A stretch of DNA of 42,605 nucleotides from Candidatus Thorarchaeota archaeon (lineage in GTDB: Archaea > Asgardarchaeota > Thorarchaeia > Thorarchaeales > Thorarchaeaceae): positions 1 to 42,605 of the forward strand of contig RDNZ01000025.1 in NCBI GenBank assembly GCA_011364905.1. The letters run 5' to 3'. Positions 19,336 to 28,744 of this stretch are shown piece after piece. A model generated the notes under the pieces. The model searched no databases. It worked only from the letters and a program-made list of their open reading frames with translations, and was not told the DNA's origin. Each line of letters opens with the position of its first letter. Positions within the stretch are counted from its first letter, which is position 1. A program made the position numbers and the translations under genes.

Positions 19336-19902
19336 ATGAGAAAACTGATTGCAGCAATCAATATGACACTTGACGGATTTTGCGACCATACTGCTGGTAT
19401 ACCCGATGAGGAACTACATCAACATTATACGGAACTATTAAGTCAGGGAGACGCAATTCTATATGGCAGGATTACGTATCAACTTATGGAATTTTGGCGA
19501 ACCCTATTGGAGAATCCTTCCGAAGAAAAATCAATGAATGACTTTGCTATTGCTATAGACAAAATTCCGAAAATAGTTTTTTCCCGCACGCTAAAAAATG
19601 TAGATTGGAAGACTGCGAGGGTGGCAAAGCGAGGCATTAAAGAAGAGGTTTTAGAACTCAAGCAACAGCCAGGTAGAGACATTTTAGTTGGCAGTCCGAG
19701 TTTAATTGTCCAGTGCACGAAACTGAAATTAATTGATGAATATCAAATTGTCATTCATCCAATTGTTTTAGGAAACGGATTACCGTTGTTTAAAAACATC
19801 GTGGATAGAGTCGATCTTAAACTCTTAAAGACAAAAACATTTGGTTCTGGTGCAGTAGCTCTTTATTATGAGCCAACAAAGCGGAAAAAATCAAATTTCT
19901 AA
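19336..19902 (+). CDS. Dihydrofolate reductase / RibD C-terminal family protein (bacterial type)
   Basis: MRKLIAAINMTLDGF, ILYGRITY, PKIVFSRTL, VGSPSL, LIDEY..IHPIVLG.G.PLF; visibly AT-rich. Confidence 0.92.
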   Translation: MRKLIAAINMTLDGFCDHTAGIPDEELHQHYTELLSQGDAILYGRITYQLMEFWRTLLENPSEEKSMNDFAIAIDKIPKIVFSRTLKNVDWKTARVAKRGIKEEVLELKQQPGRDILVGSPSLIVQCTKLKLIDEYQIVIHPIVLGNGLPLFKNIVDRVDLKLLKTKTFGSGAVALYYEPTKRKKSNF

Positions 19903-20113
19903 AAATTAGAGAAACATTGGTGCTGCACAGAGATTCGAGATTCTAGAACTGTCAGATAACAAGATGGTATTAGACATAGGAGAGATTTTGATAGAGTCTG
20001 TGGAGGATTTATGGCTAAACATCGACGTATGTCTAGTAAGATGAAAATCTCTAAATCCACTGATATTCTAAGGAATGCATCGATTGAAAGGTCTGACTAG
20101 AGGCTGCGCAGAG

Positions 20114-21064
20114 ATGACGACTTTTACGCAACATGTGGTGTCAAGGAAAGGGAGCAAATTAACTGGTTTGACTCATAGGACACTTCAGGTGAATGTGGGC
20201 AATCGATGTAACCATCTATGTACCCACTGTCATGTTCAAGCCACACCAACAAGCACTGATATAATGCAATGGAGGATAATGGAACACATCCTAGAAGTTG
20301 CTGAGTCGGTCCAACCTGATCTCATTGACATCACAGGAGGGGCACCTGAACTAAATCCCTCCCTTCCGCGCTTTCTCAAAGCATTAGTTACCAAGAAGCA
20401 CAAAGTGCAGGTTCGTACAAATCTCACGGTCCTATTGGAACCGAATCTTAGAAATCTGATGGAAATTTACAGAGACCTTCAGATTCGACTGGTCGGATCA
20501 CTGCCATGCTACATTGAGGCGGATGTGGATCATGTACGGGGAGCTGGTGTATTCAAGAAGAGTCTTCAGGTCTTAAAAGAACTCAACGAACTCGGTTATG
20601 GTATGAGCCCTGATTTAGAACTAGACTTGGTCTTCAATCCAGAGGGCGCTTTTTTACCTCCTGACCAGTCAGAGTTAGAAGCCATTTACAAGGAGAAGCT
20701 GTCATCAGAGTGGGGAGTCTGTTTCAACCATTTGTTAACCATCACGAATATGCCAGTTGGACGATTCAAACAACTATTGGAGAAGGAACTACAGGCCGAA
20801 CAATATCAGGAACTCCTTGAAGGTTCATTCAACCCTGACACATTGAACAGTTTGATGTGTAGACATCAGATATGTGTTGGATGGGACGGACTGATTTATG
20901 ATTGCGACTTCAACTTCGCCCTCAAACTTCCTGTAAGGGGTACACCACAGCACATCGATCAGTTCGATGTGGATTCTCACAAGTCTCGCAATATCGTGAC
21001 TGGATCTCATTGTTTTGGTTGTACTGCCGGGAGAGGGTCCTCTTGCTCAGGAGCCCTTGAGTAG
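20114..21064 (+). CDS. arsS: ArsS-family (arsenosugar biosynthesis) radical SAM protein, DUF3641
   Basis: TLQVNVGNRCNHLCTHCHV, DITGGAPELNP, SLPCY, TNMPVGRF, LMCR, YDCDFN, HCFGCTAGRGSSCSGAL. Confidence 0.9.
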   Translation: MTTFTQHVVSRKGSKLTGLTHRTLQVNVGNRCNHLCTHCHVQATPTSTDIMQWRIMEHILEVAESVQPDLIDITGGAPELNPSLPRFLKALVTKKHKVQVRTNLTVLLEPNLRNLMEIYRDLQIRLVGSLPCYIEADVDHVRGAGVFKKSLQVLKELNELGYGMSPDLELDLVFNPEGAFLPPDQSELEAIYKEKLSSEWGVCFNHLLTITNMPVGRFKQLLEKELQAEQYQELLEGSFNPDTLNSLMCRHQICVGWDGLIYDCDFNFALKLPVRGTPQHIDQFDVDSHKSRNIVTGSHCFGCTAGRGSSCSGALE

Positions 21065-21091
21065 AGATTAAGAGTAAAAGAGGGTGAGTAC

Positions 21092-21796
21092 ATGGCGAGC
21101 GGCACGAATGCATTCAGTCCTGGGATATTCATAATGATGAAACATCCTGAGGTGGGTAAGGTCAAGATGCGTCTCGCAAAATCATTGGGGGAAAAAGATG
21201 GGACTGGCCTATACCGGGCGTTTATTCAGGATACCATCACAAAGGTACAATCTCTAGATGTTCCCTATCGCATTGCGGTATATCCACCAGAATCGCAAGA
21301 GATGATTATTCAATGGCTTGGACAAGTATCTCAAGTATTCCCCCAACTGGGTATGAATCTCGGAGAACGTCTGCAGAATGGGTTCGGAATGATGTTTGAA
21401 AAGGGATATCAACAGGTAATCGCTCTCGCAAGTGATAGTCCGGATTTACCAAATGAAATTCTGATGGAGGCTGTTTCTGGTCTCCAGACACACAATGCGG
21501 TGATTGGACCAGCATCTGATGGTGGATATTACTTGATTGGATTTTCGCGTGATTTTTTCATCCCTGAGGCATTCGAGGGAGTATCCTGGAGTACAGAAAC
21601 TGTGTTTAAAGAAACCATGTCACGTATCGGATCAAGAACAAGTCAGGTATATGTGTTACCAGAATGGGCTGACATCGACACCAATGAGGATCTTCGAGAG
21701 TTCTACAAGAGAAATCGAGTACAACCATCAAGGGCTCTACACACAATGAACTATCTCAATAGTCATCCTAAGCTTCTGCAGAGCCTCTTATCATGA
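21092..21796 (+). CDS. TIGR04282/DUF2064-family (CofC-like) glycosyltransferase
   Basis: KHPEVGKVKMRL, Q..NLGERL, SDSPDL, IGPASDGGYYLIG, WST..V, DIDT..DL. Confidence 0.9.
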   Translation: MASGTNAFSPGIFIMMKHPEVGKVKMRLAKSLGEKDGTGLYRAFIQDTITKVQSLDVPYRIAVYPPESQEMIIQWLGQVSQVFPQLGMNLGERLQNGFGMMFEKGYQQVIALASDSPDLPNEILMEAVSGLQTHNAVIGPASDGGYYLIGFSRDFFIPEAFEGVSWSTETVFKETMSRIGSRTSQVYVLPEWADIDTNEDLREFYKRNRVQPSRALHTMNYLNSHPKLLQSLLS

Positions 21797-21827
21797 TTGG
21801 TTTCAGGCCACCAATCTATTGATTGAT

Positions 21828-22585
21828 CTAAGGGATAATACCATGAAGAGTGATTGGGAGGAGTACAAAGCCTAGAACAATTGTAATCCAAAGATACCGA
21901 AAACTGAGTTTTGGCCAAGGTCTATTCCGTAGGTTATACCCAAGCTTGAATTGTTCGTAACCAAAAAGAACCGCTAGAATGGTCAGGTTGATGTCGAAAA
22001 CATAAGTCACAAGATCATAACGCTCGATTGGGAGATTGATCAGGAAACCAATACTCTCTCCTAGACTTGTACCGATAGTATCAAGCTGGGATTCAAAAGG
22101 CAACCGACCCACGAAAAATACGAGCCCCATGTGCGCAACAAGTATCCAACAGACAATAAGTGAGTGCAGGACCACCCAATTCTGAGCGCGTTTCGACAGT
22201 CGTTTGTGAAGAAGGGAGGAATTAGTTCTACGCTCAAATAATACGACAAGTGTCCACAAGATAAGAATAGACAGTGCAACCAGTGTCATTATAGTGGTGT
22301 TAAACGCTCCACACTCGCTGTGAGAGGCATCAATGTCGCCTGGACCAGTGCAATGACTCTGCTGACCACAGTCTTCTGATAGAACGCAGCGCCTATTGTT
22401 ATGAATATCAAGGAATAGACCCAATTATGAGACCATCTTGGATCTTCGATGAAGACCTCAATAGTATAAGGCATTACCCAAAAAATGAGATACATGATAC
22501 CCATCAACAGGAGACCAAGGCCCGGACCAACTTGATATTTGTTGGGGCTTGTAGAGTCAGTGATTGGTTTAGATTCATCTGTCAA
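21828..22585 (-). pseudogene. Multi-pass membrane protein (about 251 aa if repaired) split by a 2-bp frameshift near 22311
   Basis: Track ORFs 22289..22585 and 21828..22424 join as ...LMPLTAS|GAFNTTIMTLVAL... when the extra GT in AGT-GT-GGA is removed. Confidence 0.75.
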
Positions 22586-22685
22586 ATCACAATCCTCCCA
22601 CTAATATGGACGAAGCTTACCCAACGATAAAGAAGCAATATGTCTATCTATTCATGGTTCTCAAGTTCTGTAGAAATAATGCAGT

Positions 22686-23399
22686 GTGGTGTACGTATTG
22701 ACTAGCCCCCCCATAATCTCAGTGGTCACCCCTGTGCATTCAACAAATCACAAGCTCCCAGAAATCAGGAGGGCGTTATACTCGGCAAAAAGACCAGTAC
22801 AGTTGATTGTGGTACTCAATAACCCAAATCTTGTAGACCAGATTAGTCCTCAGAAATCCAGCGAGTCAGTTGTTATATGTTCTCGAAAAGGACGTGGATT
22901 TGCATTCCTTAGAGGAATCGAGTGTGTTACAGGTGCAATCACCGTATTACTACATTCTGATACAATTCCACCTCTTGGATGGGATGATGCAATTCTTACT
23001 GCTTTAAGAAACCCACAGATAGTCGGGGGAGGGTTTTCACCCACTTATGACACGCCTAAACCATACTTTAATCCGTTTACTTGGGTGGTAAAGCTTTGGT
23101 TTCGAATCTCAGGAGAACTATACGGTGATGGCGCCATGTTCATTCGCTCCAATATTCTAAGACGCTGTCGCTCAGTGCTTGAGGTTCCACTTTTCGAAGA
23201 CTTGCGATTGGCACAGTGTATGCACAAGTATGGTCAAGTCGTATTACTCGAGAAGAAGGTCAAGACAAGTGCTGAAAGTTTTCAGAGGCAGGGTGTCGTG
23301 CAGCATATTGGCAAGATATTGCTTTGTAGAGTGTGGTATGCTTTGGGAGGGTCTCCATTTCAGATTTACAATGTCTATTATTCTACCTTGCACCGCTGA
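22686..23399 (+). CDS. GT2-family glycosyltransferase, TIGR04283-like
   Basis: ISVVTP, GRG, LLHSDT (canonical FLHADT), GGGF, YGDGAMF, PLFED, TSA..F. Confidence 0.82.
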   Translation: MVYVLTSPPIISVVTPVHSTNHKLPEIRRALYSAKRPVQLIVVLNNPNLVDQISPQKSSESVVICSRKGRGFAFLRGIECVTGAITVLLHSDTIPPLGWDDAILTALRNPQIVGGGFSPTYDTPKPYFNPFTWVVKLWFRISGELYGDGAMFIRSNILRRCRSVLEVPLFEDLRLAQCMHKYGQVVLLEKKVKTSAESFQRQGVVQHIGKILLCRVWYALGGSPFQIYNVYYSTLHR

Positions 23400-23498
23400 A
23401 CACAGATTCTGTAGGCTTCCCAATCTATATCCTCATCTTCTCGCTCAACATCTAGATACTCATTTCCGTTGAGTAGCCATGCAACTGCCCCTACGAGA

Positions 23499-23514
23499 AT
23501 GTGTGGCTTCTCAA
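23499..23514 (+). repeat. Repeat B, partial copy
   Basis: ATGTGTGGCTTCTC is 13/14 identical to 18940-18953; intergenic, same orientation. Confidence 0.5.
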
Positions 23515-23534
23515 ATAGTCATTCTCTATCGTGG

Positions 23535-24266
23535 TTATTTGACTCTAGGTTTCCTAGAGAAGTACACTCCCACTAAAACGATGAGAATTATGGAGCTATA
23601 TGCTACTAATAAGATGCTATTGATAGGCAAAGGTGCATTGATTCTATCAATATGAGTGCCACTACCGGTTGTTGGATTTACAAAAGTGGTTCTTTCCAAC
23701 TGGAGTGACAACAAAACTCCATCAGTCTTTGAGAAGACATATCTTCGAAACTCTTCCAACTCAGTGGAATTCCTACTAGTCTGAAAACCCCACTTAGTTT
23801 CCTCATCAATTATGCTAATCTCGTCATAGTATATAGAGTATAGTGAAATGAAAACCGTTTCTAGCAAGTCCCAGTTTCCAATTGGAACCGCAAATCCAAA
23901 ATAGCCAGGACCGGGTGGTGGTACTAGACTCCCATTATAGAAATAGGCCTTTTCTTTAGCGAGGGGGAACAGTGTCAAAGGGTCTGTGATGGTATAGTTG
24001 TCATTTGTAACGATATAATACCTGAAGCTTAGCGATCCAACAATGCTTTCATTCCTATACCGAGTGTCTGTTTCTTGGAAGTAGAATTTCTTCCCGGTAT
24101 CAAATCCCCATGTGAGCCCTTGATTTTGTGAATCGGCCAAGATTGGTATTGAAAGTATGAATAGGAACCACAGAGCGACTAACTGCTTGTTTCTAGAAGC
24201 CTGAGAATCAAACTTTCTACCAAATACTAGGTTTTGGCTGATTTTGATCAACTCCTTCTCCTTCAA
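23535..24266 (-). CDS. Hypothetical secreted protein with C-terminal membrane anchor
   Basis: N-terminal hydrophobic signal, beta-rich middle, C-terminal TM followed by RKPRVK. Confidence 0.7.
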   Translation of the reverse strand: MKEKELIKISQNLVFGRKFDSQASRNKQLVALWFLFILSIPILADSQNQGLTWGFDTGKKFYFQETDTRYRNESIVGSLSFRYYIVTNDNYTITDPLTLFPLAKEKAYFYNGSLVPPPGPGYFGFAVPIGNWDLLETVFISLYSIYYDEISIIDEETKWGFQTSRNSTELEEFRRYVFSKTDGVLLSLQLERTTFVNPTTGSGTHIDRINAPLPINSILLVAYSSIILIVLVGVYFSRKPRVK

Positions 24267-24356
24267 ACCACGCTTGCCCTATCTTTGTACAATGAGATTG
24301 TTGCTTTCGATGACTAAAAACTTAATCCTTCTTAGAATCTTTTCATTCCCATGCGA

Positions 24357-24404
24357 ATGTGTGACATCTCAATGATTAGTATCTCAAACAACCTGAGTAC
24401 TGGT
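24357..24404 (+). repeat. Repeat B, copy 2
   Basis: 38/48 identical to 18940-18987. Confidence 0.8.
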
Positions 24405-24514
24405 TCACCCTGCCTCCGCCGCTGAGTGTTCAATATGAAGACGAAGATCAATCCTTCGCAGTACAGCGACTCGACACTAGTATGTATTCCGTCAGAGTGT
24501 CTTCTATTCTTGCT

Positions 24515-25204
24515 CTAGTCTATCACTCTCGGTTTGTCTATCACGTAGAATCCTATTGTCACGACAGTTCCAACGATACATTCTCCTTTGAAAATGATAG
24601 GGAATAGAGCTGGATTCACTTGCGTTTGCGTCTCATTAAAACGAATCCGGAAATCCAATTCCAAATTGAATCTCGTGTCGTTACCTCTCTCTTCGACCAG
24701 AGTCAGAGAGCAGTTCCATATAATCCGTAATGAATATTCAATTGGGTAAGTCCTGTTTTGCTGAAAGGTTTCATTCAAACCAGGGGTGCCCCATCCCCTA
24801 AAAGGGGGAGGTTGATTCAGTGTGACATTCCAATCCTTACTAGAAGATTTAGAGGACAAAGAGGCTCTTTCGTTTTCTGATACGCTATACAAAGACTGAG
24901 AAACGATATAGGTTGAATATGTTCCAAAATTGAGCAGTCCTTTATTCAAAATCAGTTCTGTTCTTATCTCTACATAGATTCTAGTAGTATTGTGAGGCTC
25001 ATCTACATCAACGTCATGTGAGATATTGAAACTCGTGGGGATTTCTATACTGAACATGGTATCAATATATGAAACATTGCCACTCATTTCCCAAGATACA
25101 GGTGGTGGAGGATTGTTTGCCCATATTGAGACCAGTGCGGTTGTGAGTACGATCAGGAGTGTAAGTGCTAAAGCTCTGCTTGCTCGGCGTAACCGCACAT
25201 CCAT
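24515..25204 (-). CDS. Hypothetical membrane protein with extracellular domain rich in N-x-S/T sequons
   Basis: N- and C-terminal hydrophobic helices; start uncertain (25204-25270). Confidence 0.65.
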   Translation of the reverse strand: MDVRLRRASRALALTLLIVLTTALVSIWANNPPPPVSWEMSGNVSYIDTMFSIEIPTSFNISHDVDVDEPHNTTRIYVEIRTELILNKGLLNFGTYSTYIVSQSLYSVSENERASLSSKSSSKDWNVTLNQPPPFRGWGTPGLNETFQQNRTYPIEYSLRIIWNCSLTLVEERGNDTRFNLELDFRIRFNETQTQVNPALFPIIFKGECIVGTVVTIGFYVIDKPRVID

Positions 25205-25309
25205 GTTAACACCATTCTTGCTGAACGGTTTGTCTATGTCCATTGCACTTACGCATTTCGTAACCGTCACATTTCATAAGGAATGGTGCTCTGACATAAC
25301 TGTGGTTGC

Positions 25310-25492
25310 ATGACGCAGGTGAGGTTGGGATCAGTCGTACTTCTGATTCTTGGTCTGATGGTTATTGTAGCCTCTGTCACGTACATCCCAGGTCCTGCAC
25401 CAGCACTACCTCTTGGAATGTTTGGGACAGGAGTGATACTGATTGTTATAGCTTTATCCACAATCCGATTCAGAGATCAAAACGGTGTATAG
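25310..25492 (+). CDS. Small 2-TM membrane protein
   Basis: Two hydrophobic helices; fills the gap between larger genes. Confidence 0.55.
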   Translation: MTQVRLGSVVLLILGLMVIVASVTYIPGPAPALPLGMFGTGVILIVIALSTIRFRDQNGV

Positions 25493-25504
25493 CTAGTGAG
25501 CAAA

Positions 25505-26722
25505 TCAGTCTGTCTTTGGTACTCGCAAAGCATCATTCTTTGAAAATTTAGCAGTGAGCATAAAGAGAAGAACACCTAGCAAGTTCATTATTGCCTTTAC
25601 GTAGAAGGGCACATTCTCTCCAAGAAGCAGAGCAAATGAGATCAAGGCAGGCCCAACCATGCTAGCGAGAGAAACAGACATTGAGTAGACCCCCATTATT
25701 GATGCGCGTCTTTCTTTTGGATACCTCTCAGCAACAGCGAGAGGTGGCACTGATATGTCTACCATGTCTAGACCAGCCCAGATTGAGTAGAGGACCAGTA
25801 TTCCCAGGGATGTTGTGCCAAAGGGGAAAAGAACGACCGTGACTGCAAGCAATGTCCAACCTCCAAAGATTGCGCTTTGAGTACCAATACGATCCACCAA
25901 ACCACCTGATGCTAGTGCAGAAACTGCAATCACCAAAGTTGACACAGAGATCATTACTCCATAGAGGTCAATATTAGAACGACCAACAAAGATTGGTACA
26001 TACCAAGAGAGACCGCTACTTGATATTCCATCAAGCGCAAAGGCCGCTATTAAGAGAAGAAGAAACCAATCATTACGAAGCTGAGGTGGCGGAGATATAT
26101 CATCAGATATGTTGACAGAATCAGAGTGGGTTTCTTGGAGTCCGACGCTAAACAAGACAAGCACAGAAACGAGACCAAACAGTCCGAGAGTAATTCCTAG
26201 CCAGAATTGGTTGTTGAGATAAAGCGAGGTGCCGATCAGCACCAAAACTGCAGGAGGGATTGATGGAAGGACCCTTGTACTGACCATATAGGAGAGACCT
26301 CTTCGTTTTTCTGGACTGCTCTCAACAAGCAACATCGATGATGCTGGTCTTAAGATGCCACTACCAGCCGCCATCCACATATAGCCGGCGGAGGAAAGGA
26401 CCCCTGCTAGAAATAGGGAGGTGGGGACAAAGACTAGTGAAGAAAGGATTACGAAAATGCCACTTGTGTACATCACATAGCCAATTCCAATGATTGGTTT
26501 TCTTCCGAATCTGTCAGCAGCTCGTCCACCAAATAGTGATGCGATTGCTCGAGAAACCGCTATCGCAGTGAAGATAATCCCAATGAAAAATGAGGAAATT
26601 CCAACATCAACAAAGTAGTAAGGCATGAACATAATCCACAAGGAGTTAGCAGATGTTGTCACAGTGTTTCCTATGGACATAACAAAGACATTTCTTCGAA
26701 TGTCTCTGTGTTCCAGTTCCAA
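25505..26722 (-). CDS. MFS transporter
   Basis: GGRAADRFGRK (motif A), GGLVDRIG, PKERRASIMG; about 12 TM segments. Confidence 0.92.
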   Translation of the reverse strand: MELEHRDIRRNVFVMSIGNTVTTSANSLWIMFMPYYFVDVGISSFFIGIIFTAIAVSRAIASLFGGRAADRFGRKPIIGIGYVMYTSGIFVILSSLVFVPTSLFLAGVLSSAGYMWMAAGSGILRPASSMLLVESSPEKRRGLSYMVSTRVLPSIPPAVLVLIGTSLYLNNQFWLGITLGLFGLVSVLVLFSVGLQETHSDSVNISDDISPPPQLRNDWFLLLLIAAFALDGISSSGLSWYVPIFVGRSNIDLYGVMISVSTLVIAVSALASGGLVDRIGTQSAIFGGWTLLAVTVVLFPFGTTSLGILVLYSIWAGLDMVDISVPPLAVAERYPKERRASIMGVYSMSVSLASMVGPALISFALLLGENVPFYVKAIMNLLGVLLFMLTAKFSKNDALRVPKTD

Positions 26723-26800
26723 ATGTATCGCTCCCTCTACACGATGTGAGAAAAGAACAGGCTTTTCCGATATATGTTTCTGATGAGCTTTAAGCAGTTG

Positions 26801-26814
26801 AAAGGATTATGGAC
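26801..26814 (+). repeat. Repeat A, copy 3 (AAAGGATTATGGAC, followed by CGGC)
   Basis: 14/14 identical to copies 1 and 2. Confidence 0.75.
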
Positions 26815-26905
26815 CGGCTATTTGCAATCGCTGAAATCCTTGTAGAAAGAGAATCAGTATGGGACTGGAAGAACTTATCATGCTACTTTTCGAATAAGAA
26901 ACAAG

Positions 26906-27490
26906 ATGAAGAGGATAAAGGTAGGGCTATTGATTATCGTTGGTCTCATTATCACTTCTATGACAGTATATGATATGCTTCCATATCGGGAGAGGAATTA
27001 TATTACACACAGTGGGTCTGCCACGCGGTCTTATGACTTGGTCTTCAACTCGACGACACAGTACATAAGTATCGATGAAGAGTCATTTATCGACATTCAG
27101 GATCCCTTCCCGAACTCAATAAACAATCTCACACTATCATCAAGCATCGATGTGTCTTATGCCATATCCAGTCATAACTGGACTGCCACATTGTATTCCC
27201 CCCAATTCCTTGGATATGTCAATGCCAATACAACACATGTCAACCATTACACGGACTATCGGGAGCGCGAATGGTTCATGTTTTACACTATGAACATGAC
27301 TGACTTCTCCTGTGTCTTCTCGTATACCGCCAACTACACAGTGGAAATGATCTACAGCCGCCCACCAAAGACCTATGCATGGGCAACTCTCTTTTCATTC
27401 CTTGATGCGGAAGGAGTCGTGCTAGTGGGAGTAGTCATCTTTGCATCAGTGTTAATCTATGTAGGCACTAGGTTGTTGACTGATTCGTAA
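26906..27490 (+). CDS. Hypothetical membrane-anchored protein
   Basis: N-terminal signal/TM, several N-glycosylation sequons, C-terminal TM. Confidence 0.7.
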   Translation: MKRIKVGLLIIVGLIITSMTVYDMLPYRERNYITHSGSATRSYDLVFNSTTQYISIDEESFIDIQDPFPNSINNLTLSSSIDVSYAISSHNWTATLYSPQFLGYVNANTTHVNHYTDYREREWFMFYTMNMTDFSCVFSYTANYTVEMIYSRPPKTYAWATLFSFLDAEGVVLVGVVIFASVLIYVGTRLLTDS

Positions 27491-27517
27491 ACAATGCATT
27501 ACGAAGTTTCCACTTGT

Positions 27518-28744
27518 TCACCAATTGTACGGCGATTGCCCCTGGCTTGTTGGTCCTCTTGCCCTGCAGACTAGTACTAACGCAATGATGATGACAGCTC
27601 CACCGCCTATTGTCAGAATCAGGACAATGTCAAATGTGGGCGGTGGTCCAGTTGTCGTGGTATTGGTCGGCAAAGTTGTGGTCGGTGGAGAAGTCTGGGT
27701 TGTAGATTCCATAGATCCCCAGACACCATGACTTGGTTCGGAGGGTATCCACTTGCGAATATACACATTATCCAAAGCTAGATGTCGTGTGTTCTGAGTC
27801 CCTCCTCCGGGTCGAAAAGCGGTTACGTTTGTAGGTGTTTCACCGGAGGCTTGTGACACAAAATTAACCTCTCCCATGTAGAGTCCATCCTTCCAACCTC
27901 TGAGTTTACCACTACTCATATCAAAACCAATCTGAATTGTGTACCATGTGTTGTAAGCGAGTGCGCTATTCTGAGGCCAATTATGGTAGGACCCATCATA
28001 GTACAGTACATTCGTCGACCCGAAGGTGCATGGATAACAGGACCCTGTATCAGCACTAATACCTATCGGAAATGTGTTAAAATTATCAAATGTGCGAGCG
28101 TCGAGGCTAATCAGAAAACTATCAGGTTGGTTCATTCCATGACCCAAATCACGCGAGCTCTGAACTGTACTGCCAGCATTGTAAGCACCATATGCTACCT
28201 CGGTTTTATGAGTAGTGCTAATCTCCCAATCACCTGAATAATCCCAATTATCAAACGTACCGCTCTCGAAGTCGTCAAAGAATAGAAATGTCGTAGCACC
28301 ATCACTAGCACTAGTTGCTTCTGAATTTCCGTAATAGACATAGATATCCTGGTTTGTGTTTAGGTTATCTGCAATCTCAACCCAAAAGACTGCGTTATCA
28401 GAAGACACGCTTGATTCCATCCAATAACCAAGCATGGTTGTGCCATCATCATCTGTAAAGCGAATATCCCCAAAATCTGATCTACAGAGAGTATCACAGT
28501 ACATGTCAGATTCACTATCAGTTCCGGATCCAAAGTGAACTGTCAATTTGATTGGATAGTTAATTCCTGCGCCAGCATAGCCCTCTATGGTATGTGATTT
28601 CCGTACTTCCCAGTCACTTAGCCAGCCTTGAACTGAACTAAGTGTAGTTTCTTCAGTTGGTACAATTGTAGGAACCGTACTATGGCTAAGAAGAATTGGC
28701 GATACAAATAGCAAGAAAATAACAATCTTCGTAGGAAATCTCAT
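27518..28744 (-). CDS. DUF2341-domain cell-surface protein with ConA/LamG-like region, Thr/Pro linker and C-terminal TM
   Basis: WLSDWEVRKSHTI, DFGDIRFTDDDGTT.L.YW.E, FWV, IYVYYGN, TFLFFDDFE; TTQTSPPTTTLPTNTTTT linker. Confidence 0.85.
   Translation of the reverse strand: MRFPTKIVIFLLFVSPILLSHSTVPTIVPTEETTLSSVQGWLSDWEVRKSHTIEGYAGAGINYPIKLTVHFGSGTDSESDMYCDTLCRSDFGDIRFTDDDGTTMLGYWMESSVSSDNAVFWVEIADNLNTNQDIYVYYGNSEATSASDGATTFLFFDDFESGTFDNWDYSGDWEISTTHKTEVAYGAYNAGSTVQSSRDLGHGMNQPDSFLISLDARTFDNFNTFPIGISADTGSCYPCTFGSTNVLYYDGSYHNWPQNSALAYNTWYTIQIGFDMSSGKLRGWKDGLYMGEVNFVSQASGETPTNVTAFRPGGGTQNTRHLALDNVYIRKWIPSEPSHGVWGSMESTTQTSPPTTTLPTNTTTTGPPPTFDIVLILTIGGGAVIIIALVLVCRARGPTSQGQSPYNW

Noticed and set aside
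21030-21064. Selenocysteine in ArsS
   Set aside because: The corresponding codon is TGC (Cys), the gene ends at TAG, and there is no in-frame TGA.
18631-26814. Repeats read as a CRISPR array or canonical integron attC sites
   Set aside because: Spacing is irregular (hundreds to thousands of bp). No cas or integrase gene is present and no clear RYYYAAC...GTTRRRY hairpin was seen.
26801-26880. Possible tRNA-Ala gene (GCCGGTCCA on the minus strand)
   Set aside because: Only about 9 nt match. No T-loop or cloverleaf is present in the adjacent sequence.
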